Source: Marsupella aquatica (Eukaryota > Plantae > Marchantiophyta). From it: a DNA stretch of 64,000 bases. The position numbers were made by a program, and so were the translations under genes. The notes beneath the pieces were generated by a model that did no database searches, was not told the origin of the DNA, and worked only from the letters and a program-made list of their open reading frames with translations. Below are positions 36,701 through 48,617 of the stretch, in pieces. Location: the NCBI GenBank assembly GCA_973895155.1, contig OZ316897.1, positions 19,471,224 through 19,535,223 on the forward strand, in the 5' to 3' direction. Numbering within the stretch: position 1 is the stretch's first letter; the number at the start of each line of letters is the position of its first letter.

Positions 36701-38398
36701 CTTTCTGTGTGGAGTATCTAATACCTGTTGGCTGAAGGAGTTATAGGACTAGAGTTCACTCCTTCAAGGTCTGTCTGATTGTCTGAACTCCTTCCCTTCA
36801 AGGACTATATTGTCCCTACGAGTCCCTTCATAATTTTTATGAAGTGGTCATCTTATGATCATCTCATGTAATAAGGGAAGAGTTTTAATGAGAGTTTTCT
36901 GTGTGAAATTCTGTCAGTGGTGCCTGCAATGCTTTTGAATCTACTTCAGTTTGTATTCAACCTTTATTACCTTTATTACCTTTTAGCCCAATTTTTCCAT
37001 CAGTTTTTCCACACAATAAGTGGAAATTAATAGTACCTGCAGTTTAGAGTAAATAGTGCTCTAGTTTGCAATAATTTTGGATGTTACTCGGAGAGGATCT
37101 TACCTAATTTTGGATTTTCCCTGTAGGGTACAGTTTCCAAGGGTGTCGGCAATTCAACCATGGGATAGATACAACAGATAGAAGGCTATTATGAGTTTCT
37201 CTCATGACATGTACATGAGAGTATTCATTGCATTCCTTGCCCAGGATTGTGATTGAATTAGTGTTAAGTTAGTTTAGAATCATTTCATTGTTCATTGGTT
37301 TTACCCAAGAGCAGGCTCTGTCAGCACGGAAGGTTATGCAAGGTGCAAGTTGGAGAGGCAGCTAAAAACTCTGAGGGTGAAGCCCACCGTGGCTGTTGTA
37401 TATACATATGATGTCAGGAAGTAAAGAGCTATAAAGCAGTGACTGATTGCTATTTTGGATTGAAACTCAATCTCGCACACAATTCTGGACTATGTTGTGT
37501 ACCAATTCTGTCAAAAAAAATGACAACTACACTCCAATCAGAATTTGTCTTAACCCTCTGAATTAGACAGAACAACATTCTTATCCGCCGAGCCTGTAGC
37601 ATAGCCCTGTATCTACAAGCAAACTTTATTTCCCCATGTGGCCTTGAACTCCACAAAGCAACCTTCAATCTCTAAACGCCTGTAAAGTATTTATTATCAT
37701 TTTCTCATTTCCGATCAACAATAACTAAGGACGGCAGCACCATCGGTTTGCACAACCATTTCATATTCATGCTAGACATAACTTGATATATTCTAGACAA
37801 CAAAATGTTTGAAGTTGCGGCCTTACTTAAGATTTTCCACCAGATCAAGTTCCAGTGACTCAAACTTAGTTATCGATCAAGTTCCAGTGACTTGACTATT
37901 TGGATCAAATCATCCGTGGCAATTACTACATGAGTTCATGATTCAAAGTCTGGAAAGCACACTTTTGGCTCCACATGAGAAGAGGCACAGTCTGCCGCTG
38001 CAATCAAGAATCAGTTCAGAGTTGCCAATATATTTTTGACCCCCTCCCAGCCTCCCAATCCAATGGAGTCTTCCAACTGTCCACTAAGTCATATATGCTA
38101 TGTTGAGAACTCTGCCGAGTCCTTCAAATTCCATGGTCTGCTTTTGCAAAGTTTCGCTACCAAACAAACTACCAACACAGAAAATAACAATCGATAAACG
38201 TCCTTTAGACTTCCCTCACAAGGACCTACGTGAAAGGACAAAAACGCATATGTCACGAAACTGCCAGCTTTATTCAAAAGCAAAAGATCTTCATAGATCA
38301 TGTACAAAGTAAACATTGATATCAAACTCAAGTACTACAAGCGCGCGTGTAGTTTCCCAAAACTACAAAATAGCACCGTCCCGTCCCTCTGAATTAGC

Positions 38399-38421
38399 TT
38401 AGGGTTTAGGGTTTAGGGTTT
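38399..38421 (+). repeat. Short interstitial telomeric repeat / telo-box (TTTAGGG)x3
   Basis: TTAGGGTTTAGGGTTTAGGGTTT. Confidence 0.8.
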
Positions 38422-38455
38422 CTGCCTCCCTGCTTCAATTGTTGAATGCTAACTC

Positions 38456-39040
38456 CTAGTTAGAGATGCGAAATGACTTTAAAGTGTCCTCTATGTCAGC
38501 TGAAAAATCCTCATACAGTTTCATCCACTTCGGCCTGGGCTTTGACTCCTCTGTCACTCCATCTGATTCAGATGGATGCTGTTCAAATCCTACAGCCCGA
38601 ACCACATCCCCACAAGACTCATCCTTGACATAGGTGATAGTCCACAGCAAAGTCATCGCCTGTTCAAAAATTCTTTTTTTCTTCTGCTCATCGCTACTGT
38701 ATGAATCCTTGAAGGTTTGCCTTGAAACCCCCATCAACTTTGACCCCTGAGCTTCATTTACTTGGATGACAAGATCACCCACTTGGATAGCAAAACAGTA
38801 CATGTATGTACCACTCCCGTCTTCACAACAAGCATGCTCCTCTCGGCCCCTAGAGTGAGGACCCAGTGGAGACTCAAGATTATGCCTCCTGAGTTTGCGT
38901 TTGTGCTTCCCCAATGCACAAGGTCGGCCATCTTTCAGCAACAGACCACAGCCTTCATAAACATAAGATCCCGCACAGAGGCCCCACATTTTCTCAATCT
39001 TTGCCTTGTTGAGAGTGCAAAATGAGCCTTGCTTGTCCAT
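38456..39040 (-). CDS. Unknown protein exon (Cys/His-containing), probably the last exon of the transposon cargo gene or a separate cargo gene
   Basis: Open frame MDKQGSFCTLNK...FRISN* preceded by acceptor TTGCAG|ATG; no recognised domain. Confidence 0.5.
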   Translation of the reverse strand: MDKQGSFCTLNKAKIEKMWGLCAGSYVYEGCGLLLKDGRPCALGKHKRKLRRHNLESPLGPHSRGREEHACCEDGSGTYMYCFAIQVGDLVIQVNEAQGSKLMGVSRQTFKDSYSSDEQKKKRIFEQAMTLLWTITYVKDESCGDVVRAVGFEQHPSESDGVTEESKPRPKWMKLYEDFSADIEDTLKSFRISN

Positions 39041-39199
39041 CTGCAACTGTATCAAACAAAAGGATCTTAGAATATGTAGTGAGGTCAAACAGACCCATAG
39101 TTACTGCAGCTAGCTATTTATCCCTACAGAACAACAAAGAGCAGAAGGCATGCAAGCAAAGAAATTAATGAACAGTTGCTGCCTCCTTGGTGAAGGACC

Positions 39200-39610
39200 A
39201 GGCTTGAGGAGATGAGTCCTGGTCCTTGAGCGCAAGTCCTTGAAGAAGGACAGGAAGTAGTTGGACAAGGACTTGAAGGAGGGAAGTCCTTGGAGAAGGA
39301 CCCAAAAGTCCTTGAAAGGACCCATGTCCTTCGACTCAAGGACCTTAAGTCCTTGGAGAAGGACCCAAAAGTCCTTGAAAGGACCCAAGTCCTTGGACTC
39401 AAGGACCTGAAGTCCTTGGAGAAGGACCGAAAGTCCTTCCTAAAGGAATGATGATGTCCGAGTGGAGTCCTTGCAAGAGGACCTTTGTCCTTAGATAAGG
39501 ACCGAGAGTCCTTGGAAAAGGACTGCATGTCCTTGTCAAAGGACCGCATGTCCTTGGGAAGGAGAACTAGTCCTTGGAGAGGATATTTCCGTAGTCCTTG
39601 GAGACTAGTG
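39200..39610. repeat. GTCCTT/AAGGAC palindromic minisatellite (63-bp higher-order unit)
   Basis: AAGTCCTTGGAGAAGGACCCAAAAGTCCTTGAAAGGACCC repeated; same core motif as the 35870-36700 array. Confidence 0.85.
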
Positions 39611-40211
39611 TGCACTAGTGGGAGTGATTGCAATGAGTGCTAGCTTCGACAAGGACAGTATCGACTCACTTGGTGAAAGACTGGGTGAAATGACTGCAAG
39701 TTCCAATCCAAGAATTGTCAGTCCTTGGCCAAGAACTTCCGCTATCAACCATCCTTCACAGCAAGGACTCGAACTAATTTATCTATAGCATGACTAATGT
39801 TCATCCAGCAAGAAGTACCGATTGATCTAAAAGAAATGGAAATCAGATTTACCTTTCCAACTTGATCCTCCATCCGATCAGAAAAGGGTATTGCGCTGGC
39901 CTCTACTTGCCTGCACCAAGAAACAACACATGCAAAAATCTGATTCAGTAACAAAGTCTACAAATTACACTGACAACAAATTCGGCCATGCAACAAATGC
40001 ATCATGGATGTATCAAATTATTTGATCACAGTCAATCAGAGTGGACCATTGCCAGCTTCTTAGTCCACGTTCAAGAAGGAAGCCACAATCTCTTTCTGGA
40101 ACTGGCTGGCGGTGCAGAGGATTTAGGAGGGCCTTTGAAATCGAGTATTTGTGGTACAACTGGATGTCCATGGCCAACTCCAAGTAGGTCTAACATTTGC
40201 TAGGATGAAAC

Positions 40212-42476
40212 CTGAGACATGGACTCTGGGCTAAACGGCATTGTGAGTAGCTCTGGAGTCGTCAAAGGTCTACTTAGCACCTTCCTAGATGATTCCAAAG
40301 CCCTCGTTCTTTTCCCCAATTCCCGACCCTCAGTTTTGGGTGTCAAAAGCCTCCCTGTAGACTCGCCATCTTGGTTATCATCTTTCCCAGACTTGTTTCC
40401 CAGCTTTTGTGACATGGGAGCCGCCTCCAAAGCAAGTAGCAACATTTCACCTTTAGCTTGGAGGTTTGCCTGAATGCACACATGTAATAGTATTGAGGGT
40501 CAATACACTATTGGAGACTTTAAAATTGGAACAACCACTTGGACTATCCAATTAAGTGCAGACAACAACAAAGGAATTGATAATGCATGCATCACTTGTC
40601 TCATTTTCCGTACCTGTTCATGCACAGTTTGGATTTGTTGTACGAGTTGTCTCCTACTGAAAAGATCAATACTTGGCGCCCCATAGTACACTCTTTTCAT
40701 GTGATCTATGTAACTTACTCGCCTCTGTTCTCCGTGTGTGGGTAAGCCCCACGTTCGTAACCAATCATCAGAAAATGGTAGCCCACAAGCTTCACACTTA
40801 GGAGTATCCTTTGAATCACCAATCAAAGAAAAAAGACAACTCGGATGATATGTGTGCCCACAGGATGCTGGGATCCAATTGCAGCAATGATAACCATTGC
40901 AACAAACGGGACAACTTGATAACAGAACTTGGGTTGACACTGGAGAAGTAAGTGTCGCAACAAAGGTCGGCCTCAAGGTTGGACAGGGATTATGCAATAC
41001 CCTCTCCAAAGTTGCATATTTAGACTTTTGTGGTTCCTCCGCCAAGTTAAGCTCCTTCAAGTCTGCATCCACAACTACAGCCACTTTTTTCAATCGGGAC
41101 ACCATCCCTAATGATGCTTCAAACCGCTTCTGCTCAGCTGCAATGATCTCGGTCACCTTCACCATATCCCTCCCGATGGTCTCTTGGCGGCCCTTCAACT
41201 CAGCAATTTTGGCTCTTGAGTTTTTAAGTCGGGTTTCCAAGAGAGTACTGAACTCAATGCCCTGTAACCATCGGAAACAATTCAAATTTGTAAGAGTACA
41301 AAAATGCTAGACTAATACACTCCATAATTCTTTCTGATGATGCAAAATAATCAGGGAATGAAAGACTACGAATGATTCCCCTGCAAGGTAGGGTGAATAT
41401 ACCTCATTCCCAGAGCCCTCATCTTCCTTGTTGGCCTCTAGCTCGAGGTCTAAAATGATGTCATCGACTTCCTTGTCTGTAGAGTCTACCATCTCCCGCA
41501 ATTGATCTTGTTCTTGTTCCATAGATCTCAACTGCTCATTAAGCTTTTCCACGGTTGTTGGGTGATCCCGTTCAGCTGCATCTAGGGCCTTCAAACTGGC
41601 TTCAACCTTGGCAGCGTCTAGCAGAGCCTCACGTTTTTGGCACTTTGTAGACAAAATTGCTGAGTCAAGCATGGATAGTAGAAGTCCGGTAGGCTCAGCT
41701 TGATAAAAGGGCACCTTTGGGACATCACAGACAATAGCCTTACACAGGGTGGTAAGTTCCTCATTGACCAATCCAACCCCCGGAGTCTTATCATTGGCTA
41801 CATTATCCCAAAGAGACAATTCAAACTCCTTGGAGGCATCTGCTGATTTTGGTTCGCTCTTAGACTGCGGGGCAGTCTCTATTGACACAGGACTCTTGTA
41901 AAGACGGGGCTTCCTAACACAAGGAGGCCCGTCTGGCCTACCCTTTCCCTCTCTCTCCCACTGGATTATCTGCCCCTTTAGCTTCGACGATGCATATGCG
42001 GCCCAATTGACTTTTCGGCCAAGAACACGCTCAACATAAGCACCTTTCACAAAGGTATGAGCCAGAAGTCCATTGACCGGTTTATCGTAGCCATCAACAA
42101 CTTGGGATAGATGCAACAAGTCTGCAATGGGGATGCCAACTGAGCTATTTAATCTATAACCATTGCGCGTTTTCTCTCCAAAACATGTACTCAAATCTTG
42201 GTCACTAACATCACTTATCTTATAAGGATTTTCACCGACATTGGGGAGTCCAAAGGTGACAGCAAAATATGTCGGGTCTCTCTGGAATTCAGCAGGATCC
42301 CAATCCTGCACACTCTTCTCGCTCTTCCGACTTGACATGCGGGTTTCTACTGAAACAGCAGGTGTGGCACCCCCAACAACTATAGGTACATCTCTAACCT
42401 GCGGCGCCTCTATACGGTCTATTGCATTAGCGACATCTTTTGAAAGTCCATCAAGGTCAAGAGGCACAACACCCAT
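40212..42476 (-). CDS. Transposon cargo gene: unknown N-terminal domain, coiled coil and RING finger; exons 42476-41403, 41261-40614, 40469-40212 (further exons likely)
   Basis: All joins are phase 0 with canonical sites (GAG|GTATAT..TACAG|GGC; CAG|GTACGG..TTCAG|GCA; CAG|GTTTCA). RING-H2-like CPVC...CGHTYHPSC...CEAC. Confidence 0.75.
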
Positions 42477-43729
42477 CGTAACTTAGTCCTGAGTACACAT
42501 ACAAATCAACAATCCACCAAAGTAAAGGAGCGTGGTTTAACCTACAGATTTAGCTTCAACATTGAATGGCAAAGGTGACCAAGAAATTGGAAAAGGAGCA
42601 GAAGTTATTCACCCCCGCCTCGAATCAATCCCCTGAATTCGGCCACCAAATTGCGCACCAAGTCTTGCACTCTCCGACCGCGCGTGCCTCACCTCCAACC
42701 TCCAGGATCGTCAGTAGTGGGATTTGGGCTAATCAAATGTGATGCGCAATGGCGCCGAGAGTGGTTTGGTGGAGCTGGTGCGCCTCACCTCCAAATGCGG
42801 GATTCAAAATCATCTAAGTGTTTGGAAAGAATGACGAGAGAATCCAAAAGTGACCAAGTGAGAGCAGTTCGCGCGCAGTGACCTTCAACAGGGCCCAAAA
42901 GAGACAAACAAATTAAATGTGGCTTAGCCAACACGCACCAAGTACCCCCACCACGCCGGGAAAGCCGTGTCAAAGGATGTGACTCCTGTGAAGGACATCA
43001 CGCAAAAGCAACAAGTTGGCCCCACAGCTTGTGAGGTGGCCTTTCATAAATTAAAAGTCGCGTTCAAAATTCAAAATGGGAGAAGGATGCTTGTCTTAAA
43101 CTAGATCTTGTTCACATGGGCACGAAAATGACGGCTTAAGCTCATAATGGCTACCCCTTGAGTCACGCATTAGTGATGGAATAATGATTATTGAAAAGTC
43201 CTTAGTCACTTCAAGATTGTGTAATCCTGGCCACACATGAGCCTTGGAAGTCCTTGGACATGAAGTCATTTCCCCTAGTCCTTGGGGCCTCCTTTGGTAC
43301 CCCTCTAGCTTGCTTTTGACCTTTTCTCAGTTCTCTCTCTCAGAATGATGCAAAATTGGTTTGCTACTTAATTTACTCATTTGGTTATTTGAACAACATG
43401 GGCTTAAGCATGGATTTCTAGCTAAGCTTGCAAGGTATAATTATTACGTCACTCAAAACATGATTAGAATGGAAGATGATCTCTGTAGATACCTGTCCAA
43501 ATGCCATTGATTTATGCATTCTTTCTTTAGTGCATTCTTTCTTTCAAAAAAGAACCAGGCGACAAGAACCCCCCGGGCGAGAAGGGACCGTAGCCAACGG
43601 CAAACAAGGCCACAAACCAACAACTATCAGGCCAATCAGTCATGCAAGGCCACCACATCAAATTTGAGATCATAAAAGTCCACAGATCAACCCCAGCACT
43701 AAATCTATCCACTCAATTGTCCCAACAAG

Positions 43730-44660
43730 GTTAGGATCAGTCTTGGGCAGATGCTATCTACTTTGACCCCGGTGAGCCCCGACAATCCAAGGACCGTGAC
43801 CCCAAATCTCATTCATCTTCTTCGTCATTCACAGTAGAGCTAAGGGAGACCGGACTGTCATGTTCCCAAGGTTGGAGAACAGTAGCTAATTGATCAATGT
43901 GGTTCTAATCTATTTTCTCTTCATATAAGAGGTGCAAATGTCCAGCATAAACTTCAGGTGTTGAACGGTGTAGCGGAGGATCAACCATCCTGGGAGTAGA
44001 TTCCGAGAAACTGAGAGTAAGTGGCGGTGTTCTGTTCCTTCCAAATGTTGTTGCAGAATTCCATAATGAGAATCAGCCGGCCTGGTTTGCGTTTATGAGT
44101 GTGGATGGCACTCCTAATGGCCTTGAACAAGGAAGTGATGGGGAACCTGAGTGATGTGGACTGTTGGACCAGGACATGCACTCCCGCCATCTAACCGGGC
44201 ATCTAACAATCACCTTGTTGCACAACTAAAGAAAATATGTTCAATGTGCTTGAAACTCATTTTGCACCTGGAGCAAATGCTGTTACTTACCTTCCAGTGG
44301 CTACCCCTACCGTTGGTGAAGAATTCATGGTTCAGTATTTGCCAAATAAAAAATTGGACCTTGGGGAGGGATCACCCCTTCTAGAGTTTCTTCCGCTTTG
44401 CTTGCTAACTCCCTTGTGTGCCCAGTTGGCCCCATCTCCAATTCAATTTAGTGATGTCCTCTGTTGTAGTTCTTGATGTACAATTCACCTAAATTAATCC
44501 CATTGGGGAACTTCCATCCCCTGTTGTTCCCAGCCTACTTCCACTGCCAGGCAGGGCAGTCGGTTAATTGCTGATCGCTCAAGCTCGGGCTGCTTCTCAG
44601 CCTGGAATATAACCTGGTTCTAGGTAGCTTATCCCTGAATCAGCTGCCCCTTCCCCCTTC
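43730..44660 (-). mobile_element. L1 LINE 3' fragment (zf-RVT)
   Basis: Minus-strand KVQFFIWQILNHEFFTNGRGSHWKVSNSICSRCKMSFKHIEHIFFSC (zf-RVT), then the NIWKEQN end motif. Confidence 0.75.
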
Positions 44661-44666
44661 CAAGTT

Positions 44667-45112
44667 GCGCTAAGCTCACGTACTGATGCCATCAAGGGAT
44701 TTCAGTGCTCAAAGCTCTTGGAACAATTCCTTGGTCCTTTGATCATCTTTCACCTTGAAGAAGATGATGTGGTCCACGATTGTATACACCTCACTTTTGG
44801 AGTCAGATAAGTCATCAGTTTTCTAAGATGTTTATTGTTCCTCATTTTGCTCTTGGTATGTTGCCCTCCTTGGGCATGAAGCAGACCCTTGTGCTTCGCT
44901 GATTTCTAAGCCGGGGGATGAAATGTTGTAGGAACGTCCTCTGCAAAGAGTTTCTCTGATCCAGTTGGAACACAGGAGGAAAAGTCATATCAAAACTGTC
45001 TGCCACCATTTGCCTCAGTCACAAGAAGGTTTGACACATATTGCTTTGTAGCGAGCAAGCTCCACCGCTTATTGTAACGCTCTCTACCACGAGAACTCTC
45101 CTTCAAAACCTT
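44667..45112 (-). pseudogene. Truncated, degenerate duplicate of the 5' part of the Dabb gene (copy of 23321-23756)
   Basis: Colinear similarity (CTGATGCCATCAAGGGA..., GATCATCTTTCACCTTGAAGAAGA, GCAGACCCTTGTGCTTCGCTG, CTCTGCAAAGAGTTTCTCTGA, CTCTCCTTCAAAACCTT) including upstream intron-like sequence; frameshifting indels. Confidence 0.9.
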
Positions 45113-45601
45113 GCAGCATGCAAAGCGTACACTTAGAAGGAGTCCACTGTGTAGGATTTAGCAGCTGCAAAATTGTGAGAGCTGGGAGATGACACTCATG
45201 CCTCGACAATCATCTCATCGAAGAAGTGTCTTTCATAAAACACTGCATTCAATCAGAATAATTATGACTCCTTTGTGATCAGGAAATTTCAATGAATAAC
45301 GTAACCCTGATTCCATAAAACTTTGCAGCAGGAGTGTTTCTCTCTTGTCAGGTGGCTCAAGTATGGTTTGAATGGGATAACAACCTGCACTACTGCATTC
45401 ATTTGTTGAATGTTGAATTCTTTCAAATGATGTGGTCCATGAGTCTTAGTTGCCTATAAAATCATTTGTGTTTGAAGAATCCTTTGTTTTCAGTTTTGCT
45501 ACACAGCCTCTTAGTTTGGATGTGAAGCCAGGGCTCTAAATTGGTAAAGTTGGGGCAAAAGAATTTTAGACATTCTTTGAATCAATAAGTAACATGTGCC
45601 C

Positions 45602-46527
45602 CTACGCTGGTTCCTTTAGTACTTCTTGCAGCCCCTCACTCCTTGCGTTATTTCCTCTGTAATTATCAATGAGAGTTTGCCTCTCAGTCCAAGTCTTCAA
45701 AAGCTTCATCCTTTCCCAAAGTTTCTGTGACTGCTGGCTCTTTTGATCTGATTGGGACTTGGAAATTGAGGTTTGAGTTGGTTTCTCATCGTCGTTCTTC
45801 CCAGTTAGAGAGTACATCCAATCTTTTGCCCAGTCCACATTCATGTAATATATAAAGTCTGACTCAAATTGAGAGATGTTCATCATGTTAGGATCTGGTT
45901 CACTACCAGCGTCCGGAGAATCACAATATAAGATAGCCATCTCTTCTGGTTTGAGCTTATGAGGGGCATCCAAAAGGCTAAGGGTAGGAGATAGAGTGGG
46001 GAGGCCCATTTTATCCTCTGTAGGATCTTTCTTCTCCCCTTGTTTGTCTTTGAGAAGGGATGCGTCTTCACCAGCAAAAAATACACCTTTCTGAGTTTTC
46101 TTCTCGTGTGAGTCATCTTTAGTACTTTTGCTTGGGACCTTTGGGAGAATTGGATCTTTGATCAATATCTTGTCTAAACCTGTCTTTTGGTTGGAAGCTT
46201 GAACTGGCTCTCCAATGCTACTGCCAATCCCCACTCCTTCCCGGGGATTGTTCTTGGCTGAGCCACCAATGGTTTTGCTTTCAGGCATTTCCAATGTTGT
46301 GTTCCCAATCAATATGTTGTCCACTGATCTTCTTTTGACTTGTGATAAGAACGAAGAAGGGATAATAATGGTGGGGGGAAGCAAATCTTCATTGGTTTGA
46401 TCTTTCTGAAGCTCTACGTGATTGGATTGAATGAAAGTTGCCAAGGCAGTTTCTGTCAAAATTCCCATGGGCCAAATTGTTCTTGGTCCGATAACACACT
46501 CAACAATGAATATTGACTCTTTCCAGC
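45602..46527 (-). CDS. Unknown, largely low-complexity protein exon; possibly the downstream exon of the agglutinin-domain gene
   Basis: Long open frame in AT-rich DNA; acceptor-like TTTCCATTTCAG near 46528; no recognised domain. Confidence 0.4.
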
Positions 46528-47153
46528 TGAAATGGAAAATTAAATTGATTAAATTCACTGATGAGGTGTTCAGATCTTGCTCGTTGTTGCATGGTATCAC
46601 ATAAATATGTGTGAAAAAATTAATTGAATGTGGGAAAATAGCTTGGAAAACTGGAATTTTCTCCAACTGTAGAGTTTAAAGTCATTACTCCTAGCCTTAT
46701 TTAACCCTAAGTATGCAAAATTTGAGATCACTGAAACCCATCGTTGTCACTGCATATTTTTCTTCTGGATATAAGTTTGAAGAAGCACTTACATGCACTT
46801 GGAAGAAAATTATTTCAAATTGTTGATCTGACTAGGCTACCCGCTAGGCTAAGGACATTATCAATGGTTAATTCATACATTACATTAAAGATTTACAGTC
46901 ATTCCCTAACAGTGAGCAAATGCATCTTTAATCCAACCAAACCTAAATGATGAAGATCTTGCCAAGAAAAGTTATTTAAATAGTAAGTGACCTCCACTAA
47001 AGTTAAGCCAGAGCTAACTAGAGGTGAATATAAAGTCTATCTAAGTGTGATCACACAAGGGAACCTTGTTAGATACCAATGGCGTAATAAGAGACACTTA
47101 TTTATATGGTTGGTGTTTTAAATAATTCCCATTGTCTTATTTTGGTAGGAAGC

Positions 47154-47762
47154 TTAATATGCATATTGTAAACTAAAAAAATAAAATCCAGAGTTTGTGT
47201 TGAACCTTATTTCTTTGCACATGCAACCAAGAAAGTCAACAGTATCCAAGGCAATTGTATTTTGACATATTTTGAGGGGAGCCAAGTAACGCCTATCAAT
47301 GGGATTTCTTAAGGTGACCTTCTTTGTCTCTCCTCCAGTTTCCTTCACCTCAAAGTCAAAGATATCTGCATCTTCCTCACTATCGGTAATGGCCATAGTG
47401 ATTTTAAAGTTTTCACTTCCAACTCCTTGCCTCTCATATTTGGATAAGTTGTAGTTTGGTACCTTGGAATTAGCAATACACTTCCAATACTTTTTTGTTG
47501 CTAATGACTTTATCTTGACTCCCTTCCATCCATAAGGACGGAGATTTTCACGTGCTTGCACATGCACAGTTTCAAATACCATACTAGTATCACAATGATC
47601 CATCTTTGCTGAGAACGTTAGCCTTCCCTCCTCATCTTTGGACACACATAAATATTTGCACAGTGATTGTGACTTTAACCTCAAAAAATGTGGCAATGTC
47701 TCCTTTGATGCGAGGGCTTCGTCATCTAAAAGTTTTGGTAGAGTGTGCACAACTATTGGCAT
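47154..47762 (-). CDS. Agglutinin (amaranthin-like beta-trefoil lectin) domain protein
   Basis: LPHFLRLKSQSLCKYLCV...GRLTFS...FETVH...VKIKSLATKKYW resembles the agglutinin consensus LP.F..LKS..NGKYL...L.F...FEVE...VHIR....KYW. Confidence 0.6.
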   Translation of the reverse strand: MPIVVHTLPKLLDDEALASKETLPHFLRLKSQSLCKYLCVSKDEEGRLTFSAKMDHCDTSMVFETVHVQARENLRPYGWKGVKIKSLATKKYWKCIANSKVPNYNLSKYERQGVGSENFKITMAITDSEEDADIFDFEVKETGGETKKVTLRNPIDRRYLAPLKICQNTIALDTVDFLGCMCKEIRFNTNSGFYFFSLQYAY

Positions 47763-48568
47763 GATGGTGAAATTCTTTAGCTGTGGCCTTAGAACAATTA
47801 TGTATAAAAAGCTTTCAAATTAGCTGCGTCTCTACTTGCTTCTTTGATCTAAATCACCACAGTAGATTTTGTGTTACAAATTGTCTGAGCTTTAATTTCA
47901 CTGGCCTTAATTAGGTCTACAAATGTTGAAACTTGACCATCAATGATTTTTGCATAATTATATTAAGCTAATTAACCGACATCAGGACTGCTTACAAGTA
48001 TCCATGCAACAGGAAAAATAATTGATAGAGTAATTATCAAAAAAGTTCTACAGTAAGTCTTACTGCCCTGTACACTTAGAGTCACTTTAGTTAATGTACT
48101 ATCAATGGCGTTTTGTATACAAATAACTATATACTCTGAATAGATTTGCTTGTTTGAGGTAAAAAAACATCCACTTTGATTATTTAAAATAGTTTTAGCA
48201 AGCAAGTAAAGCAAATCAACGCCCTTTAGTACAACAATGACATACTTTAGAGCGTTAGTTAAGACTGATCAAGAGAAATGATAACAAGCTCTTGAGACTC
48301 AACTTTTAAGTTTTGTGACACTTACTTTTCAAATAACTCTACTCTACATTTACTAAGGAGAAACTTCTGTGGGAATCCTAGCAAATGGTTTAATCCATCA
48401 TATCTTACCAATAATAAAACAATGATTATGCAGGACAATTATACACCAAATTTGTCTCAGCAAGCAAAAAATAATAATTATATAAATGTATTACAGTTGT
48501 ATATTAGAGAATGGTGAAAAAATCAACAATTAAATGATACATCTTTCCTTTACATTTGCATAACAGAT

Positions 48569-48574
<6 letters not shown>

Positions 48575-48614
<40 letters not shown>
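48575..48614 (+). repeat. (GA)20 microsatellite
   Basis: Direct reading. Confidence 0.97.

Positions 48615-48617
<3 letters not shown>

Larger units (their letters stand above)
31655..43296. mobile_element. ~11.6-kb DDD-transposase DNA transposon (Sola2-like) with convergent cargo gene
   Basis: Flanked by identical GTACCCCTCTA (31644-31654, 43297-43307); weak terminal inverted similarity around GGCCCCAA; contains the transposase, a cargo gene and AAGGAC arrays. Boundaries are inferred. Confidence 0.6.

Noticed and set aside
39110-39633. ORFs 39110-39388 and 39124-39633 as proteins
   Set aside because: They are translations of the GTCCTT/AAGGAC minisatellite.
45181-45197. GCTGGGAGATGACACTC as the missing right Harbinger TIR
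   Set aside because: Needs several indels, has no TAA/TTA flank and no extended match to the left end.
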